From positions 124,001 to 188,000 of the forward strand of contig MU005971.1 in the NCBI GenBank assembly GCA_010093745.1: a stretch of DNA of 64,000 nt. Direction: 5' to 3'. Shown piece by piece: positions 23,815 to 35,879 of this stretch; within the stretch, counting starts at the first letter, position 1; each line of letters opens with the position of its first letter. Position numbers and translations under genes: made by a program. The notes under the pieces are model-generated. The model did not search any database and was not told the DNA's origin. It was given only the letters and a program-made list of their open reading frames with translations. The stretch comes from Piedraia hortae CBS 480.64. Lineage: Eukaryota.

Positions 23815-26800
23815 ATGACTTTCAATCCCGCATCTGGACGCAGCCCACTGCGGAAAGCAAGGCAAATATGGCTCTCGAAAACCGGCATCGATGGACGGAT
23901 GTACATGCAGATGTTCAAGGGTGCCCTGGCCCCAACCATAGCCACAGCTGCATACCAAGCATCTGCATATGCTAATACGTTTACGACCATAGGATATCTC
24001 GTGGGTGTCATGACTATATTGTCCATGGCTGTTCTTCCTCGAGCCAGGTTCCTTCAAGTTATCGTTCTAGGTGTGATATGCACCTGCATCTCAGCGGCCT
24101 TCTGTCTTTTGGCCCTGTTTTGTGTAGTCAAGGCTCGACAAAACACCGCTGGCCCACATGATCCACCGCGTGGTTACAACTCTTCTGCGTCTGCGGTTTC
24201 CGGCGTCTGGCTCTTTGCACTGATCTATGCCATCAGCGCGTTTCGCTGCAAGAATCCCCAATTCAACCTCGCGAGTTTACAAATGATCATATTTGCAAAC
24301 GTAGCGGCAGTGTACGGGGCAAGATTCGCCACAATGATTCAGGCTCAGGCGTTCATCCGACGCATGCTGCTTAGCTTTCTTTCTGGACAGGCAATCGCCG
24401 CTGGAGTCTCCCTCTTTATCTTCCCCTTTTCAAGTAGGCAAATTGTGTTCAAGATCATTCCTGAATACCTTTCTACCATACAGGCTGTCGTGTCTTCCCA
24501 CTTGGATTATCTACATTCCCTGGAAGACGTCGATGCATTTGCCCTCCACCGCATCAACACGGCCGGAGAAGAGGATACCGCGCAATCCGCCGAGGCTAAA
24601 TACTTCCATACCAAGGTAAATGAACTTTCCGCCTTACATGCCCAGCTAGGTGCAGAGCTGCCGTTTGCTAAGCGGGAAATTTCCTTGGGTAAAATGGGCC
24701 CTGACAATTTGGAATCGCTTTTCAAACACCTTCGGCTGATTATGCTTCCAACTGTCAGCCTCGGCAGTATCCAACAAGTTTTTCTTCGAGTGGGCGAGGA
24801 GCGTGGCTGGGACTTGTCGGCGGACTTCTCCCATGTCGAGCCAGACATGACCGAGGATGAGAGTGATCGTAAACGCGCCCAAGCGGTCCAAGAATGGAAC
24901 ACCCTGATGAAGCAGCTGAGGACACCGTTCAACCAAATCACGCAGACTATCAATGATGGCATACAGCATGTCGCCATTGTCCTCCACATTGATAAACATC
25001 AGAAGGCGCGCAACGACGATAACTTGGCAGAACAGGGGAAAGCACACCCACAACCTGGAGATGGCGATTTTGCTCGGCACTACGATAACTGTACGCGGGA
25101 GTTCCTGAACAGCAAGAAAGAGATGCTGCGTACGTGGTGTAAGATGCACAACATTCAACTACCGGCAGATTTCTTTGAAGACCCTGCCAGGAAAGGATTC
25201 CGTGCGCCAGAATGGATGAACCTTTCCAATGAGTCCCCAGAACGCAAGTGGTTACGTCTCCAACTTTTTCTTTGCCTGTACCTGGAGTTTCTACTTTACA
25301 ACATCAGCCGCGAAGTGCTTAAATTGATCATGTTTGCAGACGCCCTACGTACATCTGGCAAGTTGGAGAGGACTCACCTCATCGTACCCGGATACAAGAG
25401 GTTGCGTAAGTGGCTCATCTGCATGTTTTCTGACCAAGGAGAGCAAAACGATGATCAGCAGGTCGACCAAAGCACCGGGGGCGTGACTGTCAACCTGGGT
25501 GAGGCTTACAAGCAGAAGAACGATTTGGAGCACTTGCCTCCACAGTCTAAATGGGAAAGGGCTGGCAACCTCGTTCGAAAAGTTGCCCAATTCCTGAAAT
25601 CGCCAGCATCGCTGTATGGCCTACGAGTGGCTTGCGCGACCACATCGGTTGCAATGGTTTCATATTTGCGAGATACCCAAACCATATATAACGCGCAAAG
25701 GTTTTTCTGGGCTCAGATCGTAGTTGGAATGTGCATGAATCCATCTGCCGGCCAGACCCTTTTGGCATTCATATTCCAGATTTTGGGGACCACGAGTGCC
25801 ATGATGATGGGCGTCGTTGCGTGGTACATAGTCGACGGCCACACGGCCGGGATACTGGTTTTCTTCTTCCTGTTCCTTCATGTTGGGGTTTACATCATGT
25901 TGAGATACCCCAAGTACGTCTCTGCGGGGATCATCTTCCAGGTTACACTTGTGATCATTGTGGGGTACGAGCTGCAGGTCAAGAAGCAGGGACTGAAAGC
26001 TGCAACTTCCAATGGTCAGATATATCACCCCATCTATGTTCTCGGGCCCATCCGCCTAGCCACGGTCGCTGTCGGATGCTTCGTTGCCTGGATCTGGACC
26101 ATGTTTCCCTACCCAAACACCGAGCATTCTCAAATCCGACAAAGCACCGGCTCAACGCTGTACTTGCTCGCAAAATACTACACCCTCATGTACGAAACCC
26201 TACGCGTTCGCCTCCGTGGACCCGCCAGGTCCGCAATCGTCGGTCCTGAAGGACGCTTAAACAAATCCCGCCTCGCAGTCTTTGGAAAATTCAACTCCTT
26301 AATGGCCGCGCTTCGCCGCCAAATGGGATACCTCCAATACGACCTCTCCATAGGCGGCAAATTCCCCAAAGACGAATACAACAACATCATCGAGCTCATG
26401 CAGAGCGCCGCAAACTTCATGGCACTAGTAACAATTGCCTCCGGCGCATTCGCCGATGCCGACACTGCCAACGACCGAGAAAACACCTCGCGCTGGCGCG
26501 CAGACTTTCACCGCATCGTCGCCGAAGTCGATGTATTTAACCATCAAATCATCATGCTCCTCTCACTTTTCTCAGCGACGATAGCTACAGGCTCACCTTT
26601 ACCGCCCTACCTCCAAGTCCCGGAACCGTACCAGCTCTCGAAACGACTTGATGAGATTGATGAGGATATTCTTAGTGTCAGACATATTGCTGAGCCCGGG
26701 TACTCCGCGTTTGCGGTTATCCAGCTCGCAACGAGGTGCATGATTGACGATGTGAGGCTGATGCTTGCTACGGTGAAAAAGTTGGCGGGGGAGATGGATT

Positions 26801-26880
26801 TTTCGTTGCATGTGGCCTACATGAATCGTTCGGAGTCAAGTGTGGAAGAAGAGGGAGGGAAGATGGGGAAGGAGGAGTAG
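23815..26880 (+). CDS. Large polytopic membrane protein of the ArAE/FUSC-like (Bre4-like) family, 1021 aa
   Basis: Intact ORF with two clusters of ~6 hydrophobic helices separated by a soluble domain. Motifs MFKGALAPTIA, DLEHLPP, YGLRVACAT, GGKFPK and PLPPYL. Confidence 0.8.
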   Translation: MTFNPASGRSPLRKARQIWLSKTGIDGRMYMQMFKGALAPTIATAAYQASAYANTFTTIGYLVGVMTILSMAVLPRARFLQVIVLGVICTCISAAFCLLALFCVVKARQNTAGPHDPPRGYNSSASAVSGVWLFALIYAISAFRCKNPQFNLASLQMIIFANVAAVYGARFATMIQAQAFIRRMLLSFLSGQAIAAGVSLFIFPFSSRQIVFKIIPEYLSTIQAVVSSHLDYLHSLEDVDAFALHRINTAGEEDTAQSAEAKYFHTKVNELSALHAQLGAELPFAKREISLGKMGPDNLESLFKHLRLIMLPTVSLGSIQQVFLRVGEERGWDLSADFSHVEPDMTEDESDRKRAQAVQEWNTLMKQLRTPFNQITQTINDGIQHVAIVLHIDKHQKARNDDNLAEQGKAHPQPGDGDFARHYDNCTREFLNSKKEMLRTWCKMHNIQLPADFFEDPARKGFRAPEWMNLSNESPERKWLRLQLFLCLYLEFLLYNISREVLKLIMFADALRTSGKLERTHLIVPGYKRLRKWLICMFSDQGEQNDDQQVDQSTGGVTVNLGEAYKQKNDLEHLPPQSKWERAGNLVRKVAQFLKSPASLYGLRVACATTSVAMVSYLRDTQTIYNAQRFFWAQIVVGMCMNPSAGQTLLAFIFQILGTTSAMMMGVVAWYIVDGHTAGILVFFFLFLHVGVYIMLRYPKYVSAGIIFQVTLVIIVGYELQVKKQGLKAATSNGQIYHPIYVLGPIRLATVAVGCFVAWIWTMFPYPNTEHSQIRQSTGSTLYLLAKYYTLMYETLRVRLRGPARSAIVGPEGRLNKSRLAVFGKFNSLMAALRRQMGYLQYDLSIGGKFPKDEYNNIIELMQSAANFMALVTIASGAFADADTANDRENTSRWRADFHRIVAEVDVFNHQIIMLLSLFSATIATGSPLPPYLQVPEPYQLSKRLDEIDEDILSVRHIAEPGYSAFAVIQLATRCMIDDVRLMLATVKKLAGEMDFSLHVAYMNRSESSVEEEGGKMGKEE

Positions 26881-27739
26881 GGGGATGGTGTTGGGTGGAT
26901 GGGGGCTTTGTGCTTTGGTGGCATTTACTTCATGACGCGGACAGCATGCTTGGTCGTTCACGAGTGATTTTCAACAATCCGAGGTTTTTACGGATTCCGA
27001 ATTACACATCTACGCATGGAAAACCCACCCAACTAAACCTTTCATTCACCTCTGCGCTTTGCAGGAAATATCGCCTCCCTATCAATCGGACGATTCACAC
27101 CCTCGAGCTTATTCAGTTGGTACACAAACCCACCGTCTCAATCCCGTGGCATTATTCGACCACACCCCAAAGCTACACCATCCAGCCCTGTACCCTGGAG
27201 GAATGGGAGGTGGATTGCATGAGGTTTAGAGCCGAGACGGGAGGTTGGTGACTCGGGTCTGGACATTGTACCCTTGAATGGAGTGGGTTCTTCTACATCC
27301 TTGGGGGAGGAATATGAGGTGTTCAAGCGTACGGGGAGGAAAAGGTAGATCAGCTGGAAAGCTCCGTTCTTGGTGTGCTGGAATGAATTATTTCATAAAT
27401 TGTGGTTCCGAATAGAGTTAAAGTATAGATGATAGAGTTAGACGGTTGGACTTTTGTCTTTGGGAGGGTCGTACATAGGTCGAGGTATGCATTCGATGAT
27501 TGGTTTTGAATTCTCTGAGCTCGATGGCTTTAACTGGTTGCAAATATCGTTGGATGAATCCTTGCACTGTGATTTTAGATCGGAGTTGATCCCGCAACTG
27601 AGTCTGCTGGTCTTACTAATGATGACTATCCCTTGGAAAAACCTGCGGTTCCTTGATACACTACGTGACACAACACAGACTTCAGAGGAATTGCCCGTTG
27701 CTTAAGAAGTGATAATCATGGAAACAATGACAAGGTCAA

Positions 27740-27967
27740 TGTTACGGTGAGGCTGTGTGTGCGCGGGACGACCCGCGCCGTCTAAGTGCACAGGTAATTT
27801 GATATACCGACGCGCCCTGTTGGTTATTCATAGCTACGCTCGCTACCGCGCGCATATGGACGGTGCTTCTGGATTGCTTTATAGTATCCTAGCTTTCCAG
27901 TAGATAGCAGTTCGGATTGTCATCGTTGTTGGGACTTATTGAACCTTTGCCTCTGAGAACCGTAACA
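27740..27967. mobile_element. Candidate LTR (228 bp)
   Basis: Bounded by a perfect 9-bp inverted repeat TGTTACGGT...ACCGTAACA (TG...CA), with an internal GCGCGGG/CCCGCGC hairpin. No target-site duplication seen. Confidence 0.55.
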
Positions 27968-29801
27968 CCACTGGAGAGCTGCCAGAAACGCTGGCTTATT
28001 CGAATCATGCTACCCCTCCCGTCCAAGATCTTGAGATCCATGCCAGGCTTGAAGGAGTTACACGATACAGTAAACGCCGGCCAAAACCCCACTTGAGCCT
28101 GAGACAGTAAGTCGGTACTTTTTTCCTCTGTGAGGTGCTTGGCTGTTCTTATACATTACCGATGGTCCACTTTCCTCTCATCACATCTCTTTATACTCTA
28201 TCTGACTCTTCGTCTCCTCGATGATTGCTATTCTACTACCTTGCAGCAATACCCGGATCATTTTAAGTTTGACAGCGCTAAGGAGATCCATCAACATGGG
28301 TCAGAGGAAATCCCCAGCAACAAGAGCTTCCATTACGATGGCATCAGTTGCAAAGTAGACTACATGCAGGACCGGAGCAATTAGGGGCTATTAAACACAT
28401 ATGGTACGGCTGCGACTGCAAATTTAGCAGGTCCTCCCATTATTCAGCCGAGACTTTGTCAGTTGCATCGCTAGCCCCGAGTGGCTGCCACACCTTAGTA
28501 GGATCACCAACCGGAGTTGCTGCTCTTGGGAGTGTGAGGCAAGTCGGGTTTCATACTGTTTACAAGAGCTAGGACAAGGAGCAACTTGGGCAAACAAGGA
28601 CGATTGCGGCGAACTGAGAAAAGAAATTTGAGCATGGCAGGGTATAAGCACTTTTCCGCATGAAAGTAAGCAGGCCAACACCAATGTTCTTGTCTCCAAT
28701 GACGTTCACCGTCGGCGAGGTGCCATTCGCCATTTGAGGCTTAACTAGGCAACAAAGCGTGATAACCGGATCTCTAAATTAATGAGAGTCTTGCAAGTGG
28801 AGGAAACCTTGACTGGACCAGGGCGTTTTTGACTGACAGCCTACTGTCGTCCGCACGCTACTAGGAAGATCGACTTTTGCTGGTCTTCTGAGCATAGCGA
28901 GAAATTTACCTCTACCCTCCACAACGGTACCTAACAATATGACATGATAAAAGACTTGACACGCCGGCGAGGTAACGACATTCGACTGCGTGGTGGACTT
29001 GCTTGTGCCCTGAAACAGCAGACCCATGTTCTCGGTAAGTTTACGAATTGACAAGATGGCCTCTCGGCGTTGATGACACGCGCACTGTGCTCGTCTGCTG
29101 CTTTACCGTTCGTTCAAGAATTGTATCCCATTTTCGCCTCAGTCCGGTTTGCGGTCGACAAGATCGACTTCGGGAAAGATGGAAAGAAAAAGTTGCTCTC
29201 CCAGACTTGCTTTGGGCGAAAACCATACCAAAATCATCTTCTCTGTCACACGCCGGGCAAAGTTGTAACTAGCTGCCGATGACGACAATGCAAAGGCCAA
29301 TCTACGGAGTTCTATTGCCGGTCCGCCATCAAAGCTTCAACTGGCTGCGAACAACGCCGAGGTCAAGGCCAAAGCTACTCCCAGCGACAACCGAAGGCCC
29401 AGTCCAGGAATTTGCTGTGAAGCCAGATCCGCTCCACGAATACAAAACTCCAGACCAGAAATATTTTATGTTCGAATTGGTGTGTGAGTTTGGGTATTGT
29501 ATTCACATAAGCGGTTCACATGGCTCGTCTTCGTTTTGTACTCAAGGAGTCAATCGTTCTGGTCGGCTGTAACATGATTCCCGTTGCGAGTGAGGCGTGG
29601 AAGTAAATGAGCAGTCCATCGTCATGTCTAGATCCAAGACTCTTCCACCAAGTCTGGCCGAAGATTAGCAGACCCTTTAGACCGTGATCGCAGCACAGGA
29701 TCTCGCCGTCCGAATCCGATCTTTGATCAATCCCGGCCGTGGTGTTTTTACCACTGGTTCCAGTTTTGGCACGGCCTTAAATCCATGCCGTTGTGGTTCT
29801 C

Positions 29802-30046
29802 TGTCGTACATGTGGGATACGAAGTCGGAACCTAGCCAAGGCGGCCTGCTGTGCAGCAGATCCAAATCCAATTTGCTGATACATTGTTCCTGACCAGAAA
29901 AATGTTGGTAAAACATGAGGTAGGAACCGTAGATTACATTCTGGGGGGCTATCCACCTATATAGGGAAACCTGGAATAGCAGACAAACTTTGTCTCTGTT
30001 TGTTGTTCAAACAAGCAAAGAGTAGACACCTTGCGTAGCCACGACA
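29802..30046. mobile_element. Candidate LTR (245 bp)
   Basis: TGTCGT...ACGACA terminal inverted repeat and an internal TATATA. It lies next to a truncated copia RT fragment. No TSD. Confidence 0.4.
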
Positions 30047-30094
30047 TCATTACTGCCAGACGTGACGGCATCCCGGGGAAGTCTCCATAATCCT

Positions 30095-30622
30095 TTAACA
30101 TGTTTTATGGAATGCAGGTGGGTTGCGAACATAGACGGTCTCGGTCATCGGCGCATTTACAAACGCATTCGCTGCGTTCAATTGAGCAGTCTCAAGGCCG
30201 CAAGCTGCAGTAATGCTCATCAATACTCTGAACACTTTGGCGACCAATGTAGCAGAGTAGGCATCGTCCTTTGTCACCGGCTGCAGATCTCCCCTTGCGC
30301 AGAGTTTTGCCTTAAGCTTCTCCAGACAATTGTTGCTATCCATTTCATACGTAAAGACCCATCTTACCGGGAGGACTGGTTGCTTTACGTCTTTCTCTTG
30401 ACAAACTTCAAAGGTGTTTTTACCCCAAAGTGTTTCGTATTACGCCCTTGCTGCTTGGCAAAATTCCCTTTCGAATGGATGTTGTTTAAGTTTGTGCCAG
30501 TGCTCTGGTGGGGGTGGCAATTTGGAACAGTGGGGTTTCTTCGGCTTGCACCTTATTCCGGTGAAAAAGGATCGATAGTAGATAACTGGTGTTGCAGAGC
30601 TCGATAATTTCTCATGGAAAGC
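30095..30622 (-). mobile_element. Fragment of a second Ty1/copia element (pre-RT and RT N-terminus), truncated
   Basis: Translates to PEHWHKLKQHPFEREF...VLPVRWVFTYEMD...KAKLCARGDLQ...QLNAANAFVNAPM...VYVRNPP. This is paralogous to, but clearly different from, 32050-32460. Confidence 0.85.
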
Positions 30623-30886
30623 TGTCGGAAGGAGGAAGGGATCTACTCACATCATTCCGAGCTTGGTGAATGCTGACGCAGTCAACATTGTGTGTGATAC
30701 CTCACCATGGAATCCGTCTGAGGTCAAGAGAAGGCTTGCACCGCAAGACTAGTCTAAACTCTCTTCGCGGCCCCAATCGCATTCGCCGTGCCAACGTCCT
30801 TTGAGGTAACCACGCTCCAGGGGAAACATCCTCCATGGATAAAAACCCTGGAGAGTCCGGTGCCCTATCTACCTAGGCATCTGACA
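30623..30886 (-). mobile_element. 3' LTR of the main copia element (264 bp)
   Basis: On - it begins TGTCAGA immediately after a polypurine tract and ends TCCGACA (6/7 inverted repeat). Confidence 0.75.
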
Positions 30887-30909
30887 CCCCCCCTCTCCCC
30901 CGCCCCCCC
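30887..30909 (-). other. Polypurine tract of the copia element
   Basis: GGGGGGGCGGGGGAGAGGGGGGG on -, between the RNase H end and the LTR TG. Confidence 0.75.
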
Positions 30910-30919
30910 ACCTTCTCAG

Positions 30920-33900
30920 GCAGTTCTGAGCATCAGATGGTCGACAAACACCTGATGCGGCTGACGAGGAAGTGACTTGGTAAAGCAGTCTGCCTGCATG
31001 CAGTTAGTTGCTAACCAACTTGCCTACAGCCTTCCTGCGGCTATCTCTTGTCTTAGCCAGCACGAGGATATGTCCACGTGCTTCAATTTTGTCACCAGTC
31101 GTGGCGTGTCAACCGATAGTAATCCGATTGTCTGCTTGTTGTCACAAGCTGTTGAGACTTCTTTGTCAAAGTGTAGGACTACAGGGTTCAAGATCCTCAT
31201 GGCTTCATATTGTCTCATGACCACGTTCTGCAAAGCGTATAGCTCCGCCTCTGTACTAGATGTCGTGACGGCAGTCTGCTTTTGGGAGCCTCAGTCCACA
31301 GGGTTACCAAACAGTTTGAGCAACCACCCTTTGGTGGATTCCCTGTCACTTGCATCATCGGCAAATGCGGCATCACCATACGCGGCGAACGGGTCCCCAG
31401 CGTCAGCATTGTACCCAAACACGAGGCTACGTCTCTTAGTGTCGTGCAGATACTTTATGCAGCTGAGTGCATTCTGAAGGTCATTCTGAGTTAGGTTGCT
31501 GGATTTTCTGCCTAAGTAGGCAGCCGTGTACGCAATATCTGGACATGACACAGTTGCCGCATACTGAAGCGAACCGACAATACGCTGATATAGCGCTTTG
31601 TCAGCCGGTGTCTGGCTAGGATCGTTATATTATTCTTCCAGGCCCGTCGTCGGCTTTTGTTTTGGCGTTTGCTTAGCAAATTTGACGCCCAGTTTTCAAT
31701 GTATGCTTCTTGACTGATCCGCAAGCGCTTCGCCTCTCCGTCCCTGCGAACTTTCACTCCTAAAAACCATTGCAACTCCTCCAAGTGTCTTAGCTCGATT
31801 TCCTTCGATATAGACTCGAAGAGACCATGGACACGCCGTTTCTTTTCTCGACAATAGTTGGCGACCATATCATCGACGAAGAAGAATATAATAACGTCCT
31901 CATTTTGAAACACACAAGGCTCGTCTGGTACGGGTTTGAGTCCATGGGCGATCAGGGTTTTGCTCAGCAGATCGTACTATAGTTTGGGAGATGACGCAGC
32001 CCGTATAGAGCTCGCTTGAGTCTGAGTACTTTCTCCTCTTGTTGGAGCCCAGAAGGGCAACGAATGTGCACCATCTCCGTCATTTTAGCGTCAATGAAAG
32101 CGTTCAATGCATCATTTTGCGATGTCTCTAAATCGCAGATAGCCACGGGGAGCCAGCAACATTCTGAATGTTCTTACTGCAAAGGTGACCGCATGAACGT
32201 CTTCCCTATCAACTGTTTGGAGATCGCCGGGAACGCACAGGCGAGCTTTGTGCTTCTGCAGTTCGTCCTTATCGTTGAGCTTGTAAGTGAAGACCCAACG
32301 AACTGGTAGTATGAAGCCTTTGGCTGAATTTGCATCCACTACTTCGAAATTTTCGCGGTTGCAGAGAGCATCATACTCCTTCTGGGCAGCTTCACGGAAA
32401 TGAACAGACTGTGGATGCTTCTTGAGGTCATGCCAATGCTCCTGTGGTTCCGATAGGTTCGACCTGTGCGTAGGCATATCCATCGGCTTGTACTTCTGAC
32501 CCTGAAAGAGCGTCCTATAGTAGAGCATTGGCAACGGCACATCAACGATGGCAATGTGAAAAATCCTCCGTGGATTTCTCTCTCTGCGCGACCCTTCTGC
32601 CAAATTTTTGTCTGTATTAAGGTTTGACTGTCCTCCGAGTGAACTAGCCACTTCAGGTAATGACGCCTCCGATGGTAACGTGCTAAGAGGTATTGGGGGG
32701 CCTGTCATACTGAGGTTCTATAACCGTCGGGCAATTTTCGGTACGCTGTGATGAAATTTTCTTTCTGGTCTCAATTCTTGACATGTAGCGAAACTCTGAT
32801 TCCTCTAGAGCAGCGTCTTCTTACTAGCCGTCTAGTTCGATCTGCAGAGCCTCCGAGTTTCCTAAAGGCTTCCGATCTTCAGCCGGTATGTAAAACTCCG
32901 ATTCATTGAACACAACATCACGAACTTTTACAACTCTGTCCATCTGTGGCAACCAAACATCGTAGATGTTTCTGGCTGTGACTCCCACCAATTATCCTTG
33001 AATCGACTTAGCCTCTAGCTTTTGAAGCTTTGCCAAGTTCTTGCGTAGCACATAAGTCTTGCAACCTGGTACTCGCAATATTGAGATATCTGGTTTAGTG
33101 CCTGTTAGCATCTCAAAAGGGGTCTTCCAATCGAGATCTCTTTCCGGGGACTGATTCAGTATCCAACAGGCCAACAGGCCAATCCTGCGAACTTTGGGTA
33201 CATTTGGACAGGAATGTTGAGTGACGGCGCATGGACCGTATCTTCTGTGCCAGCATCCCTCCCCCCAGCTCGCTTGCTAGACCATTCGGTTCTGGGTTAC
33301 GAGCAGGAGTGGTGTAGACAATGATACGTTTTGCTGCTAGATGGTTTTGGGTCAAATTTTCAATTAACGTTTCACCGTCTGTGAAGATATCTTTGGGACA
33401 TGCGCAATATTGATTTTCCACCCAAGCAAGCCATTCGGGTATTACCTGCTGAATGTCGGATTTCTGATAACAGCAGTAAACCGTGTTAAATTTAGTATGC
33501 GTGTCGGTGGAATGTATCGCATAACGTTCTCCGTTGAACGCCCAGGGGAAGATTGTTATGTCCATATGGACAGTAGCGAAAGCCTCTGCTAGACGATTCT
33601 TGGGATCCCTGCGGATGATGTTATGCATCTTCGATTCTACGCAAGGTTGACATTTGATCCAGTATGGCGCTGTCTTAACATTCTTTACACCCTGGCACGA
33701 TGCCTGAAGTTGAGCAAGGGCCTCGTCACCTATATGTCCCTTCCTGGCGTGCCAACCAGGTTCAGGCTTCGCCGGTATTGCTGCAATTAGGAACTGCCGA
33801 CGGCCAGCTGGATTCGCGACTTCCAACAAGGTGAGCTTGCCCATAGAAAATGTTTTCGCGAATATCTCATCTTGCTAAGTTTGAATGTGTCGGCGTGGAT

Positions 33901-35190
33901 CTTCCCAGACATCCCTCGCCTCTAGGCAGTGCCTTGAGACGACATTCGTCGGCATGCCTGGAACATACAGTGTGATTTGGAGAGCTATTTCAAATGTTTC
34001 ATCCTTTGGCCCAGTCAAATCGACCTTTGCGGTCCCGATACCCAGAACGTCGTGGTTTTACGATATCATTATCGAGCTCTCCACCACGAGTTCAAGGAAA
34101 CCAACGAAACGATTCCTATCGTTGGCAATATGCACCTCCGAACCCTGATCAAGGATCACACTTGCTTTAAGTTCTTCGTCACTAATTTGAGGGCCAGAGT
34201 TTGTTGAGATCACGGCGAACATTCGAGGCATTTTCACCCTGCGCTCCTCCATTGGTTCACTTTGGTCAGGCTCGTCACGCTTCTTGTTTCTGCCGTTTTA
34301 CTTCACCTTACGGTTGCAAAGCTTCTTCGTATTGGGTGATATAGCTTCGTACCTTTCCCTTACTTGTCGGATATTGGTAGGGTCCAAGCCTGAGCGCCCG
34401 GTCGGAGAAAGTAGCTCCTTTAGATACTCAAAAGGCTCCCAGAGGTGTGATTTACCGCACACACACACTTTCTTTTCTGGCTTTGACCTTGGTGCTTTTT
34501 CATTTCTTGTCCTTGAAACGTCGCAAATGTAATACGAGATATGGTGGTCTCCGTTTGCGCATGGACCTCATGATCCTTCATAGCTGAACGAATTGCCCCG
34601 ATGAGTTGCACCAGAGAAGGTTTAGTGACGTCAATGTCTGTGTAGAATCGAGGCATCCAATAATTGGCCTCGTTTGGAAGCTTCGATCTTATGGCAGGAA
34701 GAAAAGACAATTGTGGCTCATAGTCTGAATCTTCAGGTAAGTTTAAGAGCTTCGCTTTGTGGATCCAGTGTGTACACTCTGCAACCCAAGCGTTAAAGCT
34801 TTGTGTCTTGAAGCCTTCATTTAGTTTCTTCAATCGACTCCAAACTTCTAGCTTCTCACAAGCGTTGCTAGGAGCAAGTATGATCTTGAGGGTCTTTCAA
34901 GCTTGATGCAGTTCGGTGTGTTGAGCCAATACATGCTGATAACTCGAGCTCACAGACTTGACGACCTGAACACGAAAATTATTGTCTTGAATACTTCCTT
35001 CCGGTCTTGCTTCTAAGATCCAAAGATCTGTAGCGACGCTCGAAGCGATCCAAGATTTCGTCTTCAGCCTCCTCTCTTGGATCATTTGGTTCTTGAGGTT
35101 CAGTCAAACTGTTTTGGGGGATCAAGATCAGGGTTCACATAGTCCCAAACCTTGGAATAAATTGCAATGCTCTTGATCGTCAGGAACCAG
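30920..35190 (-). mobile_element. Degenerate Ty1/copia retrotransposon internal region (gag-PR-IN-RT-RH), many frameshifts
   Basis: Domain order on -: gag (WFLTIKSIAIYSKVWDYVNP), protease (VILDQGSEVHI), pre-integrase (WHARKGHIG...CQPC), integrase (VHMDI...TDGE...NGLA), RT (LPVRWVFTYK...KARLCVPGDLQ, LKRALYGL, FFVDD) and RNase H (YGDAAFADD...STKGW...KHVDI...WLRQE). Confidence 0.95.
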
Positions 35191-35191
35191 G

Positions 35192-35602
35192 TGTAGCGAT
35201 GGTGCTCTCGTGGATGGGAGTGCGTAGCGGCCCGAACCAGGAGGACGTAGCGATAGACAGAGATCAACGACAGGGACAGTAAAAGATGCAGGTGGGTAGG
35301 AGTCAATACCAGTGTCGATGTGATAGTGTGAATGACTATGTGTGTGTCCGTATCTCAATGAGGGGACGTCGGAATAAGTAATCTTAACCGGTGGCCCGGT
35401 GACATCACGTCATGATATGCGTCATCTATGACTCACCAGCCTACATTAGCGGAGCGCATTCGCCATGTCACATCTGGCATGACCCTGAGAGAAAACCTCT
35501 ATGAGGGAAAAACCTAGGGTGCAGCCGTTAGTGTAGGGGGTATAGCTGACTTGGTTTGCAAGTGTCCCGCATACGCGCTAGCGGCGACGCTTGACTCAAA
35601 CA
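35192..35602 (-). mobile_element. LTR, family 1 (variant with extra internal sequence)
   Basis: Homologous along its length to 39196-39555 (inverted) and 55200-55561 (direct), with TG...CA ends. Confidence 0.88.
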
Positions 35603-35879
35603 CAACTGCACGGTTCAACCCTGCCATTCTAAAATCATCGGAGAAAAGTAAAGTGCGAGAGTATATCCAAGTCTGTTGCATACGGCCTCGTTCAGCTTCA
35701 CTCATGAAGGGCTGAGAGTCGAAATCGATGACCCAGCCTACTACATCCCAGAAAAAGAGAGACAAACACCATGAACATCCATCAATTCTACTGGAACTTT
35801 ACAGAGAATCCCAACCACACCCCACCACCCCTCCATCGATGAGAACGGCTAGTGCATTCGGATTTTTTAATTTCAATGT

